Of a stretch of DNA of 64,000 nt, positions 37,568 through 50,064 are shown one piece after another. Source of the stretch: Mytilus trossulus. Lineage: Eukaryota. The translations under genes and the position numbers were made by a program. Positions within the stretch are counted from its first letter, which is position 1. Every line of letters begins with the position of its first letter. The notes below the pieces were generated by a model. The model did no database searches. It was not told the DNA's origin and saw only the letters and a program-made list of their open reading frames with translations. The stretch is taken from the NCBI RefSeq assembly GCF_036588685.1, contig NC_086378.1, positions 66,340,001 to 66,404,000 of the forward strand, given 5' to 3'.

Positions 37568-38364
37568 CTAGTTCAGTATAGTAGAAGACGCTAAACTGAA
37601 ATAAATCTGACTGCAACCGACACTTTATAAAGTATGCATTAACAAATGCAAATCTTATGTGATTATGAAATAGGTTTTAAAAAACTTATATTCGGTTTCT
37701 GCTCAAATAGACAATTAGACTAAACTTCTTAGCTTAACCAACAGTTGTTTTATTACTGTTGTGTATTTGCTTATATGCGGAAAAATATAATACTTAAGTG
37801 AACATAATTAGGGTATTTGCATATTACAAATGGAAGAATGTCCCGATTAATTTCGTAATAGTTTATAGATATAAAAATAATCACATGTTGCAATGAACAG
37901 ATTGTTGTATTGTTTTACTAAAGTAAAATATTTTTGAATTATAGATTAGATGCCTTACAGGATTTGATGCAATTTGATCATTTCCAAAAAAGTAAACAGA
38001 CCCATTCTGATTTCGGATAAGACGTTCTCTGATAAGTACATCATCATCCTGGTGCCTGATATGTTTATTTTCAGCGCTTGGTTTTATTTCTTCCAGGGTC
38101 TTTGTTTCAACAGACAGTCGACATTCTTATGGGCATTACTGCTTTCCTATTCTTGGATTTGTTCTATTGTGCTAAATTCGTCATAGTTCTATTGTGCTTA
38201 ATGCGTAATATACTGGAATGGTATGTGATTGTCATACAAGTGAGAGGGTAATCTAACTATACAATCATGTTAAACTACCCGTTTTCTAGACCTGGAAATG
38301 CCTGTTCGAAGTCAGTATTATGATTAGTTTGTTTTTGATTCTTTCATCATGTTAAACTTAAGGT

Positions 38365-39060
38365 ATTTTCAACTCATATGGCATTTTTGTAGCGAGCTCA
38401 CACCAAAAAAAAAGAAAAACTGAAAAACTGCAAGAACGAACGCGAAGATTCATCTACAATGACTATAATAACTCATATGAGCAACTACTTGAACAATCTA
38501 ATCAACCAACTCTTACAATCAGACACTTGATAACCATTGCATTATAAACTAAGTTCTTACACAATATATTAAATTTTAAAGATTACTCATATAAAATTTA
38601 GATATGAACTTACAGTTGATTTACCACAACCAGGAACTACAAGATATGGCAACAGGAGTTTTAGCCTTGAGGCAACAAAGTTGTGGAACTCCCTGTCAAA
38701 CATGCAGACATGTAGACATTAACTTTGATGACTCAGAGCTGGAATCTTTTGACCCTGTATTCTGTTTATTGTTTGCTTCTGTTTTATTTATTTGCTAAGA
38801 TAATGTCATTGTGCCTTTGCTTTTCCTTTCTTTTAGCTTGCTTGCATTAATTTATGCATGTTTGCTTAGCTATTAAATTATGCATGTTTTTTTTTGTTTG
38901 TGTATTCAAATGTACTGATAATGTGTTATTTGTTTTAAATATCAAGTCGGTTAAGAGCTCTAAAGAGCTCATGTTGACCTTGTTGATTTGTTCATATCAT
39001 GCCCGACTATAAATAAAATTTACTTACTTACTTACTTACTTACTTACTACTTACTTACTT
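38365..39060 (+). mobile_element. 3' end of a CR1/L2-group LINE with (TTAC)n tail
   Basis: WHFC, EKLQERTRRFIYNDYNNSYEQLL, LPQPGTTRYGNRSFSLEATKLWNSL; AATAAA followed by about 10 TTAC units (39019-39060). Confidence 0.8.
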
Positions 39061-39760
39061 TGACAAGAATGTTTAACGGCAGCAACGTAAAATATCAATA
39101 CTAGATGACCACTGCTCTGCCATCCGCACGTTAAGGCTTGAAAAATGTTGAGGTGGTTTCCTGTCGCATTTAAAAATCAGTCAGACACATCCCGTTGACC
39201 AAGGTATCATTTAGAAGTTCACTACCGCTAAAGAGTCATGATAAAACTTATTGCAAGAACCGGGAGTAAAACAGAGTTAATTGTTACTATCCGAGATGCA
39301 CTTCTTCACCGAGCTTGGTCTCAGTCACAACTACCACATAATCAACGGTTCTAGACATTCAAATGTCAGTGTTGTCGTTTTATCTTCAGTGTTTTAAGGT
39401 GATACCACGATGGTATTCCACTAGCCTGTCTTGTAGGAATTAATTTAACAGAATACGATAGCATCGACATTGATTATTCATTCACTGAGCCACTAACAAA
39501 CGCAGATATCATCAACAAGATAATTTAGACCATGACAGAAATAGAATACAGTCACGAAGATGATACGATAACGATAGAAAGCCCCGTTCCAAGCTTGTCT
39601 TCCATGAATGAGATAACTGTCATTTACCAGTCGGTGAAGTTTAGAACAACACAGAAGAATAGCTTCTTTAACTCTCGCCAATATAAACATGATAAACTAA
39701 CAGAAAACAGCTTGAAAGAAAGTTGATCGTAAAGCATACAACCAAGTGATTTTTTTGGGA
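39060..39760 (+). mobile_element. Tigger/pogo fossil, third piece (DDE C-half and acidic tail)
   Basis: RQQRKISILDDHCSA, LKNVEV, PVDQGII, HYR, LHRAWSQ and an acidic tail ending SDFF. 39060-39130 matches 18539-18612. Confidence 0.75.
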
Positions 39761-40718
39761 CTTGTTTCATTTTGCGAGTAACGTCATGTTTTGTAGTAAA
39801 AGACCTTTGTTAAAATTTGTGTATCGATTTTATTTTTGAATATTTGTATTGTATCTGTTCTTGAGTTATTAATTATTATGATGCAAAAAAAGTGTGGTTC
39901 AAATGTGTACTGCAAATTAATCCAAGAACATGTTTATAGCTAGTGCCTACATTTCAAAGATACCACTGAATGAGTTTCATGAAAATAAATGTGATTATAT
40001 ATTAAAATGTTTGTCTGAGTGCCAAGGAGCCAACTCTCCATCCAAGTCAAAATATATAAAAGTAAATTATAGGTCAAAGTGCGGTCTTCAATATTTACGT
40101 AATAATTTATTTGTTTAGCAAAGAATACACTACTTTAAACGTGTTCACACTTTTATTTATAGAAAGAAAAAAATATGGAGATAAGAGACACAATCACCAA
40201 TTGGCATAACGAAAGAAAAACCTAAATAATTTATATATCTAGTTTATTGAAATATCATACTGGTATTTCGTGCATTTCAAATGAATCTGTTTTTTTTTTT
40301 AAAGGTTCGACTGTATAATAAAATCATAAAATTGAACTCAAGCTTAATTTTGGCTCACAGAAGTGTTACCTTTATTTGTATCTATATGATAGATTAATGA
40401 AGTAGGTTTGCACATAAGTTAATATATATATAACATCTAATGTATGCAAACATTCCAGTTCGGAATACAACCTACATGGAACGCAAGGTTTTAATAACTT
40501 CATGTCTAGCAACAAATTTACAAAATCGTTTTCAGTTATTTAATATCAAGATTAATTCTTTGATATGACACAAATAATTCACATTAGTATTTTCATTATT
40601 TCATTTGAACAAACCATTATCATTGTGATAAAAAAACAGCCTAAGAATTGCTTTAACTGCTACTGGTAGTAATCATTATTCTTTGAGAGTATTGCATTTT
40701 GTGTATGATAATTATATT

Positions 40719-41861
40719 TTATCCGACTTTAGGATAGAAACGACCAATGAATAAAAGAAGACCTGATTTGATATCTCTTACGTAAAACAAAAACGGTCTA
40801 TTTGCCAAAAAACGTGGTGCACTACTTCGAAATGAAATCCCAAAAGCTGTTCCTGCAGCTCCCTCGACTCCTGCTTCGTTCACATTGAAGACAACTTTAT
40901 GTACAGCAACCTTGACGTATAAATTTGGTGTCTTCTCAACAATGAGATTGGAGAAGTTAGCTTTACTTGGTTGAAAAATATCTGTTACTGCAAGTTTTGG
41001 CAGTTCTTTCGTTAAATCAAAATCTGACTGTAACTTGAATTTTGGAATAAAGATATCCAAATATTTTGTATTAAATCCAGCAGAAATGTTAGATAGAAAT
41101 TCCAATGATATCTTCGATTCAATATGCTTAAGTTCCACTTTTGTATCTGGTAAAATGAAAACCATATCAAAGTTACCTCCCTTGAATGGTAACGCTATAG
41201 CAGTGAAGTCAACGCCTTTGTAATATGGTACATGTAAACTTATGCTCATCATGTCAACTTGAATCTTTTTGTTGTTTGGTAGCAGAAAGTCTCGCTTGCT
41301 GGTTTTCTTTGGTGAAAACTGTTTCTCCCACGTCGCTTTAAAATAAATTGCATTTATTATGAACATAACAGTGGCATCGTTTATCCAATCATCTTTGATC
41401 AAATTCTTTATTTTGCCGTTTGTCTGTTTCGACACCCACCTATTCATAACGAATACAGCTGCCTTGGGTCTTTTAAAATCCTTCAAGCTGATATCGGCCT
41501 CAAAATATCGTTTTGCCTTCTTTCTGACATTTTGCAGTACTGTGAATCTGTTGTTTACAAATAATCTATTTGCACTAGCCAAACTCACATTAACTCCAGC
41601 TTGTTGAGTTATATAGCTATTCAGTGACTTGTAATATTTCAACTTTTCCTCCTCTGAAAATATGCTATTTTTGAAAAGAGCCGATGATATTTGTTGCTGA
41701 GATCGTCCCCTTGCTCCAACCATTAATAGTAGAAACGCTGCCGTGATACTATACGGTGATATACATAAACTCTCTGTCTTATCTAATTCTCGATACAAGG
41801 ATGTTGAGAATTCAATTAAACTGTGTCCATAGTTATTAGGAATTCCAGCCATCATAGCCAT
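40719..41861 (-). CDS. Serpin paralog 2, P1 Arg
   Basis: Intact ORF with the first ATG at 41861 (the ORF track starts at a GTG). Same serpin motifs, reactive loop AFGISFR|SS. Acceptor AG at 41893-41894. Confidence 0.95.
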   Translation of the reverse strand: MAMMAGIPNNYGHSLIEFSTSLYRELDKTESLCISPYSITAAFLLLMVGARGRSQQQISSALFKNSIFSEEEKLKYYKSLNSYITQQAGVNVSLASANRLFVNNRFTVLQNVRKKAKRYFEADISLKDFKRPKAAVFVMNRWVSKQTNGKIKNLIKDDWINDATVMFIINAIYFKATWEKQFSPKKTSKRDFLLPNNKKIQVDMMSISLHVPYYKGVDFTAIALPFKGGNFDMVFILPDTKVELKHIESKISLEFLSNISAGFNTKYLDIFIPKFKLQSDFDLTKELPKLAVTDIFQPSKANFSNLIVEKTPNLYVKVAVHKVVFNVNEAGVEGAAGTAFGISFRSSAPRFLANRPFLFYVRDIKSGLLLFIGRFYPKVG

Positions 41862-42369
41862 CACCCAGTTCAGTTTAGTAGAAGATGCTTCACTGAAATA
41901 AACCGAACCGCAACCAACACTTCATAAAGTATTTGTGAACAAATACAAATCGTATGCGATTATACAGTAGGTTTTAATAACTAGTATTTGGTTTGTGCTT
42001 TAATAGACAATTAGACTAAACTTCTAAGCTTAACCAACAGTTATCTTATTATTGCTGTGTATTTGATACGAAGCAGAAAATGGCATGTGTTGCGGAAAAA
42101 ATATTACACTTAGGTAAACATAATTAGGGTATTTGCATTTAACAAATAGAAAAATATTCCGATTTATTTCCTGATCGTTTAGTGAAAAAGTAATAATCAG
42201 ACGTTGCAATTATGCAAATTTGTGTATTGTTTCTACTGATGTGTAATATTTTTGAATTATAGATGTTTTACAAAAGATTCTGTTATTTGAATTTTTCATG
42301 AAAGCGACTTAGTAAATGAAACAAAAGAAAGATTGTAGACCAATCAAGACTGATTCAAGTAAGACGTCT

Positions 42370-43220
42370 TGTGAAACATACATCGAACTAGAGCTAAAAG
42401 ATACAACAGACACAGTTAAGTTTGTCTCATATCTTGACTTTAATTCCGTCGTCCACATATCCAATATTCACTCTGTGGTTAAAGTTATTCTTTCACTTAA
42501 TAATTCAAAATGTGGTCATTATCCCATTGAACTAGAAATAAAGGATCCAACAGATACAGTAAAGTCGGTCTAATTTCTTGACTTAAATTTAGAAATCGAC
42601 AATGAGTGTCTGTTGAAAACAAATCTTTATGACAAAAACATATGGTTTATTCTTTCGAATTGTGACCATTCCATTTCTATGTAGCAACATTCTATCAGCG
42701 CCTTCATACGCTGAGTTTATGTCTCTCAATTGATACAATACTCCCGCGCTTGTATTTCCTATTATGATTTTTTCGATAGAGGGATGCTGCTCACAAGGAA
42801 GTAAGTAAACCAAGAGTTCCAATTGGCAAAGTTAGAATTATTCCTAAGTAAGTTTTACGAACGCTAAACGAGTTGGTTGACTGTTATGGAATATCCGTTT
42901 CACAGATGATATCAGATATGTTCCTCATGTCGAAACTATCATGCCGCTCCCATTTCGCGAACGTAACTTACCGAATTAGACCATAAATCGGGTGTGTATT
43001 TTTAGGTTCTACAATTGGAGCAGGATCTGCTTACGATTCGTGATCCAGCGAGAACACCCCCAGTTATTTGTTGGGTTCGTGTGGCTTAGTCTTTAAGTTT
43101 TCATTGTTGAGTCCTGTGTACTATTATGTGTCTGTCTTTTTTTATCTAGCCATGGGGTTGTTAATCTATTTTCGATCTATGAGTTTGAATGTCACTCTGG
43201 TATTTCTCGCCCCTATTTTT
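42370..43220 (+). mobile_element. Family P1 fragment, longest copy
   Basis: YPIELEIKDPTDTVKSV*FLDLNLEIDNECLLKTNLYDK..PFLCSNILSAPSY, plus the UTR. Confidence 0.7.
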
Positions 43221-43889
43221 TCATCATGGTGTCGAATTTTACAGCATATTTATATCCTCAAGGGGGTGTGCGGAGTTTATAGGGTGAATATAGTTATCAA
43301 TTTTTTTTTTAAAGATTATATGAAAACTAAATGCCTCCAATACCATTATGTTTGCATGTAATCAACCTTACATTATTTCTTTTAATAATTCCTGAGAAGT
43401 TGTTAACATAATAATCCGTTAAAAAAATTATCTTGTAGGCATAACTAGAATGTAATTTATATTAGTTATCGTTATTTTGTCCATTTTTCCTTTGATCTTT
43501 TTTTGTGATAATTTTTCATATAATGCTAATCTCTTGAGATGGACAAGTATCGCTAGAAAGTAAGAAGGCACGTGACGTAGAAGCCGTTGGTTATGAAATT
43601 GACTGGAAATTGACAACATCATCATAGGTAAAATAGCGATAAACAAATTATCATTGGTAATCTCAACTTGATTGCCTTTCTCGCTTTCGACGTCGCGACG
43701 TCCCGTCTCAAGCGAGAAAATCAATCTCGTTGAGATGATCAACGGTAATCTATAAATACATGTGTATAAATCCAGAAATATACACAACCTTTCATACGTC
43801 ATTGCCATCTTGTTTGGTCAAAATTAGCTAAATAAGTAGGAAAATTACAATGGCATCGATTATCCTTTTAAACAGTCTTAATTTTGATC

Positions 43890-44932
43890 CAAAGCACTTT
43901 TTATGAAAATCTTTTAATTGAAGATGAAAAACAATTATCAATGAATTGTCCTGTGTATGAAGATTTGCATTGTTATTTGTTTTATCAAGCATCTCTATTC
44001 AACGTTAATTTTATGCAATTGTCTCATGACTTTAGTTTATATTTTTATTCACAGATGAAAATATGTACTTTTATCCTGCAATTAGGTGTCCTACTATACA
44101 GATACAGCCCTACATATATCGCTGTGCTGTATCTGTATACTATACAGATATCGCGTTAAAGCTCCGCCCACTGTCGGACTGAGTATTGTTTGAACCTGTG
44201 TGACCTCAGAATGTGTAGTCCAGTTGCATTCCAATGACGATGACAATGTGTATGATTGTGTTACAAATCATCCATGTCAATATCAGCATGCATGTTTAGT
44301 GATGTCAAGTCTGAAGCGTAGGACAACTTGTACACTTCTTTTTCAAATTTGACAATGTTTTGTTATTTTTTTGTACTGTTGCAATTAGTTGTAATGTTAA
44401 AGTAGATAATTATTCACCTTGAGCGATGTATTATTCTAGTGTAATATTCCTGACGTGTATTAATGTATTATTCTTCTCAGCGTAATATGAGATTTCGATA
44501 TTACTACGCGGGCCTCTAAGGATTACAAATCGAAAATAAATGCTAAATATGATTATATGTTAATTTTTGTGTCTTTCAAAACACAAACAATATACAGAAT
44601 TAATTGCAGGATAAAGACAATAACTGTTTAGTGTCTTTAAATATCAGCTGTATTTGTACTCGGCTCGAAACATGTGTAGTAGCTCGCTAAAAGCTCGCAT
44701 ACACCTTGTTTCCTAGCCTCGTACAAACAGTTATTGTCTATTTATACCAAAATTTGCAAAGACATTTACCAAAAAGAAAATGTATGATATTTAGCTAATT
44801 GTACTGTAAATGATGTATATAACTTTTAGAAAGTCACTCATAATGCTTGATGTTTTATTAGCTATTTGGTATGTTTTATATAATGAAAGGGGTAATATTT
44901 AAATAAAATATTGTCTTGTGTTGTCTTGTCTT
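43890..44932 (+). mobile_element. LINE 3' end (C-terminal Cys-motif region and (TTGTC)n tail) split by the 44070-44745 insertion
   Basis: IEDEKQLSMNCPVYEDL resembles the LINE C-terminal motif. The frame ENMYFY|TKICKDIYQK is restored when the insert is removed. AATAAA plus TTGTC repeats at ~44901-44932. Confidence 0.6.
44070..44745. mobile_element. Non-coding element with internal complement of its joined termini and a long imperfect hairpin (family 1)
   Basis: Left end TTTATCCTGCAATTA (44070-84); internal TAATTGCAGGATAAAGACAATAACTGTTT (44601-29); right end AAACAGTTATTGTCT-A-TTTAT (44725-45). Confidence 0.7.
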
Positions 44933-45759
44933 ACCGCCTATTAAGCAATCACAACGCCCAGCCTGAAGCACACACGGAAATGTCATACTTGTATTTACAC
45001 AAGACCGATGATATAATGTGTTTACGTTTCAATTTTTAATGATCTTAATGTTTAGATCAACCCACAGAGCTTGCATTATTTTTATTTCGTTTACATTCCA
45101 TACTATTTATGTTTGAATGTTGACCGCTGCCATTTTTTTAATTCTTAATTAAATTCTTGTCTTCCTAGTCTTCCAATAACAAATAACTAGATTCAAACTT
45201 TAAAATGAAACAGTGATTATGAGTTTGCTTTGGTAGTTGTTTGTTTGGTTTGTGAATTTAAAGACCGTGCAGTGTTTTCCTTTGTAAACTAGAGACAAGC
45301 TGCGAAAATATTGCTGCACACATTATCAATTGACTAGATTTCACTAAGATTTTCCCTTACATTTACAGTTAAATAACAAATATAACGAATTCTAAGGTAA
45401 ATTGAAACATTTCAAGTCAATACAAAGTGACCGAATATAACGTTATCAATCAAAAGATAGATGGGAAAATAGCTGTCATATTCCTGAACTGGTACTGACA
45501 TTGTCTGACGTTAATGGTTGGTTGAACTTGGTTTTTAAACTTCCAACTTACATGCAAATTGTTTACATATCGTTTTTAGGCAACAAAAGGGAGTAGAGCA
45601 GTTAAAAAACACAGGACCTGGCTTTTTTACAAGCAATAATGGAAATAAAAGCCAACGTTCCAAGTCATAGAAAATCTAAAGGTCAACCAGTTTCAAATAA
45701 CATTATACATTTTTTTGAAATAAGACAGAAAAAAGGTCAGCAAAGACATAAGATTTACA

Positions 45760-45920
45760 ATTGTATACACCAGATACCCGTGTCATCCACATAATTCTCC
45801 TCAGTGCAATATATTTGTTATAGTCGAAAGGGCATACAAAGCTGAAGAGCATTTAAATAAAAAAATCCCAAATCTATAAGCGACTCAGGCAATTTATCGC
45901 TGGAATTAGCAAAACCTTAG
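45760..45920 (-). repeat. Highly decayed copy of the hammerhead-containing repeat
   Basis: acaccagatacccgtgtcatccacataattctcctcagtg ... aaagctgaagagcatt ... aaaaccttag aligns loosely to the 13640-13820 copy. Confidence 0.45.
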
Positions 45921-46577
45921 TGACAATATGGGGATCGGTCTGAATTATTAATTTTGGCTCATCTACATAAAAAGGACCAATCAAGTGAATATATCGTCTT
46001 TACTAACACCACTAAGACAAGCTGAGTATCTTTGCTGGTTGGTGCTGACTACCAACTCACAATAAGTGCTTTGAATAGCATACTTTGTCACAAGATGACG
46101 ACTATAATTTGGCATAAAGATTCATTACTAGAATTGAGAATAGAAATAGGGAGTGTGCAAACGTGACAATCCGATCAAAGAGCAGAAAGCAGCCAAAGGC
46201 AAGTAAATACAGGATTTTTTTTTTTAAATAACTCATAGGTTGTCGTTTGTTGATGTAATTCATAAGTGTTCTCGCTCTCGTTTGTTCTTTTATAGATTGT
46301 TGTTTTTCTCGTTTGAATGGTTTTACACAAGAAATGTGTGGCCAATTTGAGCCAATGCTCCATGTTGAAGACATCGATTCATCTTCCCGTTACATGTTTA
46401 CTATATACATATAACTTATCAATAACGCTTAAATAAAAACAATAAGAGATCCAAATAAAATACGAATTTAAAGAGAGGATATTTCAAAGATTTGTGCAAT
46501 ATAAGGCTTTTTAAGATAGATTTTTTTCTTATAAAAATACTTCAATTTTGAAGCTGAGATATATCTTCAATCACACT

Positions 46578-47215
46578 AAAAGAGGGACGAAAGATAACAA
46601 AGGGACTGTCAAAGTCATTAATCTAAAACAAACTGACAACGCCATGGCTAAAAATGAAAAAGACAAACAGACAAACAATAGTATACATGATACAACATAG
46701 ACAACTTAAGAATAAACAACACGTACCCCACCAAACAATTGGGGTGATCTCAGGTGCTCCGGAAGGGTAAACAGCTCCTGCTCCACATGTGGCACCCGTC
46801 GTGTTGCTTATGTAATAACAAATCCGGTAAACAGTCTAATTCGGAAGGTCACATTCATGAAAGGGAAGGGGATTATAGTTACGACATTTGTACGACGTAA
46901 GGAACATATCCGATATCATTAGTGAAACGGTTATTCCATTTCGGTCAATCAACTAGTGATGGCGTCCGCAAAATTTACGAAGGGATGTTTTCTACTTCAT
47001 CATTTGGAACTCTTGGTTTAATAGCTTCCGTGTGAGCAGCAACCCTCTATCAAGAAAATCATGATAGGAAATACAAGCACGGTAATATATGGTATCAATT
47101 TGGAGATATATACCCCGTATGAAGGTGCTGCTGGAATGTTGCTACTTAGAAATGGAAAGTTCACAATTGGAAAGATGAAATCATCTCTTTTGTTGTAAAG
47201 TTTTGTTTTCAACAT
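46578..47215 (-). mobile_element. Penelope-like retroelement 3' fragment (RT C-terminus + 3' UTR), family P1
   Basis: [60 protein letters not shown], followed by the shared GAGCAGGA.CTG.TTACCCTTCCGGAGCACCTGAGATCACCCC UTR. Confidence 0.7.
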
Positions 47216-48380
47216 AATTTATCCCATAAAGACTTGGGTCTCCTTAGAGATCTTTAGACGTAGTCAGATAAGTGCACGCAGCTGAGCAGTTTATATTGAA
47301 GGATTCATATAAAACGATTGAATAAAACATTGTATTGTAGTGTATTTAAAAAGCATACAGAAATGCCACTGAAATATAACGATGAAAAATTGCCCTTGCT
47401 ATTTTTGGTACCAGCATATAAAATCGAGTATAAATGATCAGTCTCGGTGAATGTTACAAGACACCAATTCTTCATATAATTTTGAAATAATTTCTAGTTG
47501 CCCTTCATTCATTCAAAAGATTTGATTTTGATTTAAAATTAGAATAAACCCACACATTGACAGTCTTCGTTAATAGTTGTAGCTTTTTCGTTATGTTTGA
47601 CAACTCTAGAGTCTTGAATAACAATTTAAATGTCGATAAAACACACAGGATAAGCTTTTGTATCAAACTGTTCAACCATTGTTTTGTTTTTGTATATTTT
47701 TTACCTTTAGGGTTTTGTCCATTTTTGTCAATATACGCTTGGTGTTACACGGTATTTATACATCTCGTGTGATAGTGCTATGACGCTATGAACTTTTTAG
47801 CATTCTTGTCTTTTGGTATTGCTTTGAACTCTGTCTATATAGTGTAATTATGCCATTTCATTTTTGTAAGTTGAAATAGTTATTTGTTTATAAAGGGATT
47901 AAGATTTCAACACAATGATGGCTGCTGGGCCCCTACTTCTACATGTGTACCTATTACGTGTGTTTATTTCGCTCATACAATGGTGTCAGTATAATAATTA
48001 AATGCGAATGTCTTACAAGTGAGAGATTAAGCTAGCCATAAAACCTGGTTTTATCCACCCTTTTCTACATAAGGAAATGCCTGTACAAAAGTCAGGATTT
48101 TTGACATTTTTCCATTTGTTTAGCCTTTTTAAGATTATCTTTGGAGTTTGGAATTTCCTCTAGAAAGCATATGTGTACTTGGGGGAAAGGTATATCTAGT
48201 AAGTGACCATTTGATTGAAATGATTTCTGATTAGTTAGATTGCGGTCCGCGCACAAACTCTTTTAATTTTAATTTCGGACTCCACCGTTACCACTGTTGT
48301 TGGTAATTGACTTATTCGTTATTGTAAAATTAGCATGAAATAAATGAGTTTTTACATCCTATAGCCGGCGTATTGTTGCT

Positions 48381-48753
48381 TAAGAATAGAATGCTTCATT
48401 TTGTAACTTCATTGGGGTGTAAAAGCATTGACCGAAGTACATTTTTTATAAAGCGCGGAAGCGCTACATTCTAAAAATGTGCGCACGGTCAACGCTTTTA
48501 CAAGCGTATGAAGTTACAGAAAGAAGCATTTAATACTATTAAGTACATTTAATAGCTAGGATCATGAAAACACGAATTTTATCAATGTATTTTATTTAAT
48601 TCACCTGTACTCTTTATTATGGGACCTCGTGTTATCATGAATGAAAAGTTTTATTGAGCAAATTAATGCAATTGCTTAAAGAATAAAATGTGATGTGCAG
48701 TTAGCCAATCAGAATAACGTATTATAGTGAAACATACATCTAATGTAATTATA
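48381..48753. mobile_element. Family 2 element, full-length copy with central AGCGC-GGAA-GCGCT hairpin
   Basis: Collinear with 59974-60309 from end to end. Confidence 0.75.
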
Positions 48754-49094
48754 AATAAATATGAAATGTTTGCGGTGGAAATACTTGGTATAATTTTTTG
48801 GTAAATTGTATAAGTCGGAAAGTTTTTATGAAATAATCCTCATTAGGAACACTCTAAGCCAAATATTTGAAAACCAAGGATGTAAATAATAAACAAAGGT
48901 TGCATTCTGTTAAACATTTTAGGTTTTACAAATGATATATTAAGACTTTTAAGCAATACCCAAAGGACATGCTCTACAACTTTAATATTGCTGAAGATAA
49001 ACGACCCAGACTTTCCTAAAAGATACATTTCTATCCTTCGACCTACTAACAATTATTTATAACACAAGCTTGTAAGGACTACCAGATATTTGTG

Positions 49095-49505
49095 AAAGAG
49101 GGACAAAAGATACCAAAGGGACAGTCAAACTCATAAATCTAAAACAAACTGACAACGCTATGGCTAAAAATGAAAAAAGACAAACAGAAAAACAGAAAAA
49201 CAACAGCACACATGACACAACATGGAAAACTAAAGAATAAACAACACGAACCCCACAAAAAAATAGGGGTGATCTCAGGTGTTCTGAAAGGGTAAGCAGA
49301 TCCTGCTCCACATGTGGCACCCGTCGTGTTTCTTATGTGATTACAAATCCGGTAAATAGTCTAACTCGGTAGGTCACATTCATGAAAGGGAAGGGGGTTG
49401 TAGTTACGACGTAAGGAACATATCCGATATCATTTGTGAAACGGTTATCCCATTTCGGTCAACCAACTCGTGATGGCGTCCGTAAAATTTACGAAGGAAT
49501 GATTT
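49095..49505 (-). mobile_element. Family P1 fragment, well preserved
   Basis: [27 protein letters not shown] plus UTR, nearly identical to 46578-46990. Confidence 0.7.
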
Positions 49506-50064
49506 GTAAAATACATTCGAACACATTAATTTTTCTAAATGATAGAATGCTAAAAAAATCACATAGATTGGTTCATAAATAGGGATGTATTTCAAGTCGG
49601 ATTTTTAAAACAAAATTCCACAAAGATACCAGATCTAAAATCGTCTACAATAGATTGTCCAAAGAACTGGTTAGATTGGAAGAACAAATAAAAGTCTGTT
49701 TTAACATAGATTCTAGCGATATTTATTTAGATTCTTCAAAACTTTTTCTGACTACGTAAATGCAACAAAAAAAATGTTGAACTTTATTGTTTAGCACACG
49801 ACTGGTTGACGTTCTCGCAATTTATCCTGTAACTTATATGTTAAATCGAGCAAGGCAATGGTAGAAAATCATTCACCACACTCTCATGTTGGCAAATTTG
49901 TATACATGTTACAGATAACTAAAAATACGTCCTTATTTTAAATGAATGTTAATGAGATGTCTAAATAGCTTTAATAGCAAATTTTAACAGTGAAGATGTG
50001 ATCTGCACATGAATTTGTTAATGAACAATTAATCAGAGAATTATTATTGTTTTGTTGATAGTAA

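Larger units (their letters stand above)
35278..42270. repeat. Older tandem duplication of Tigger 3' end + serpin (units ~35278-37950 and ~39265-42270)
   Basis: aaacagagttaattgttactatcc and the downstream flanks, serpin CDS and upstream sequence are shared between the two units, with moderate divergence. Confidence 0.8.

Noticed and set aside
37568-37595. In-frame TAG just upstream of the serpin 1 ATG as a possible pseudogenising stop in a signal-peptide exon
   Set aside because: The acceptor-to-start phase differs between paralogs (28, 28 and 29 nt), so this stretch is best read as 5'UTR.
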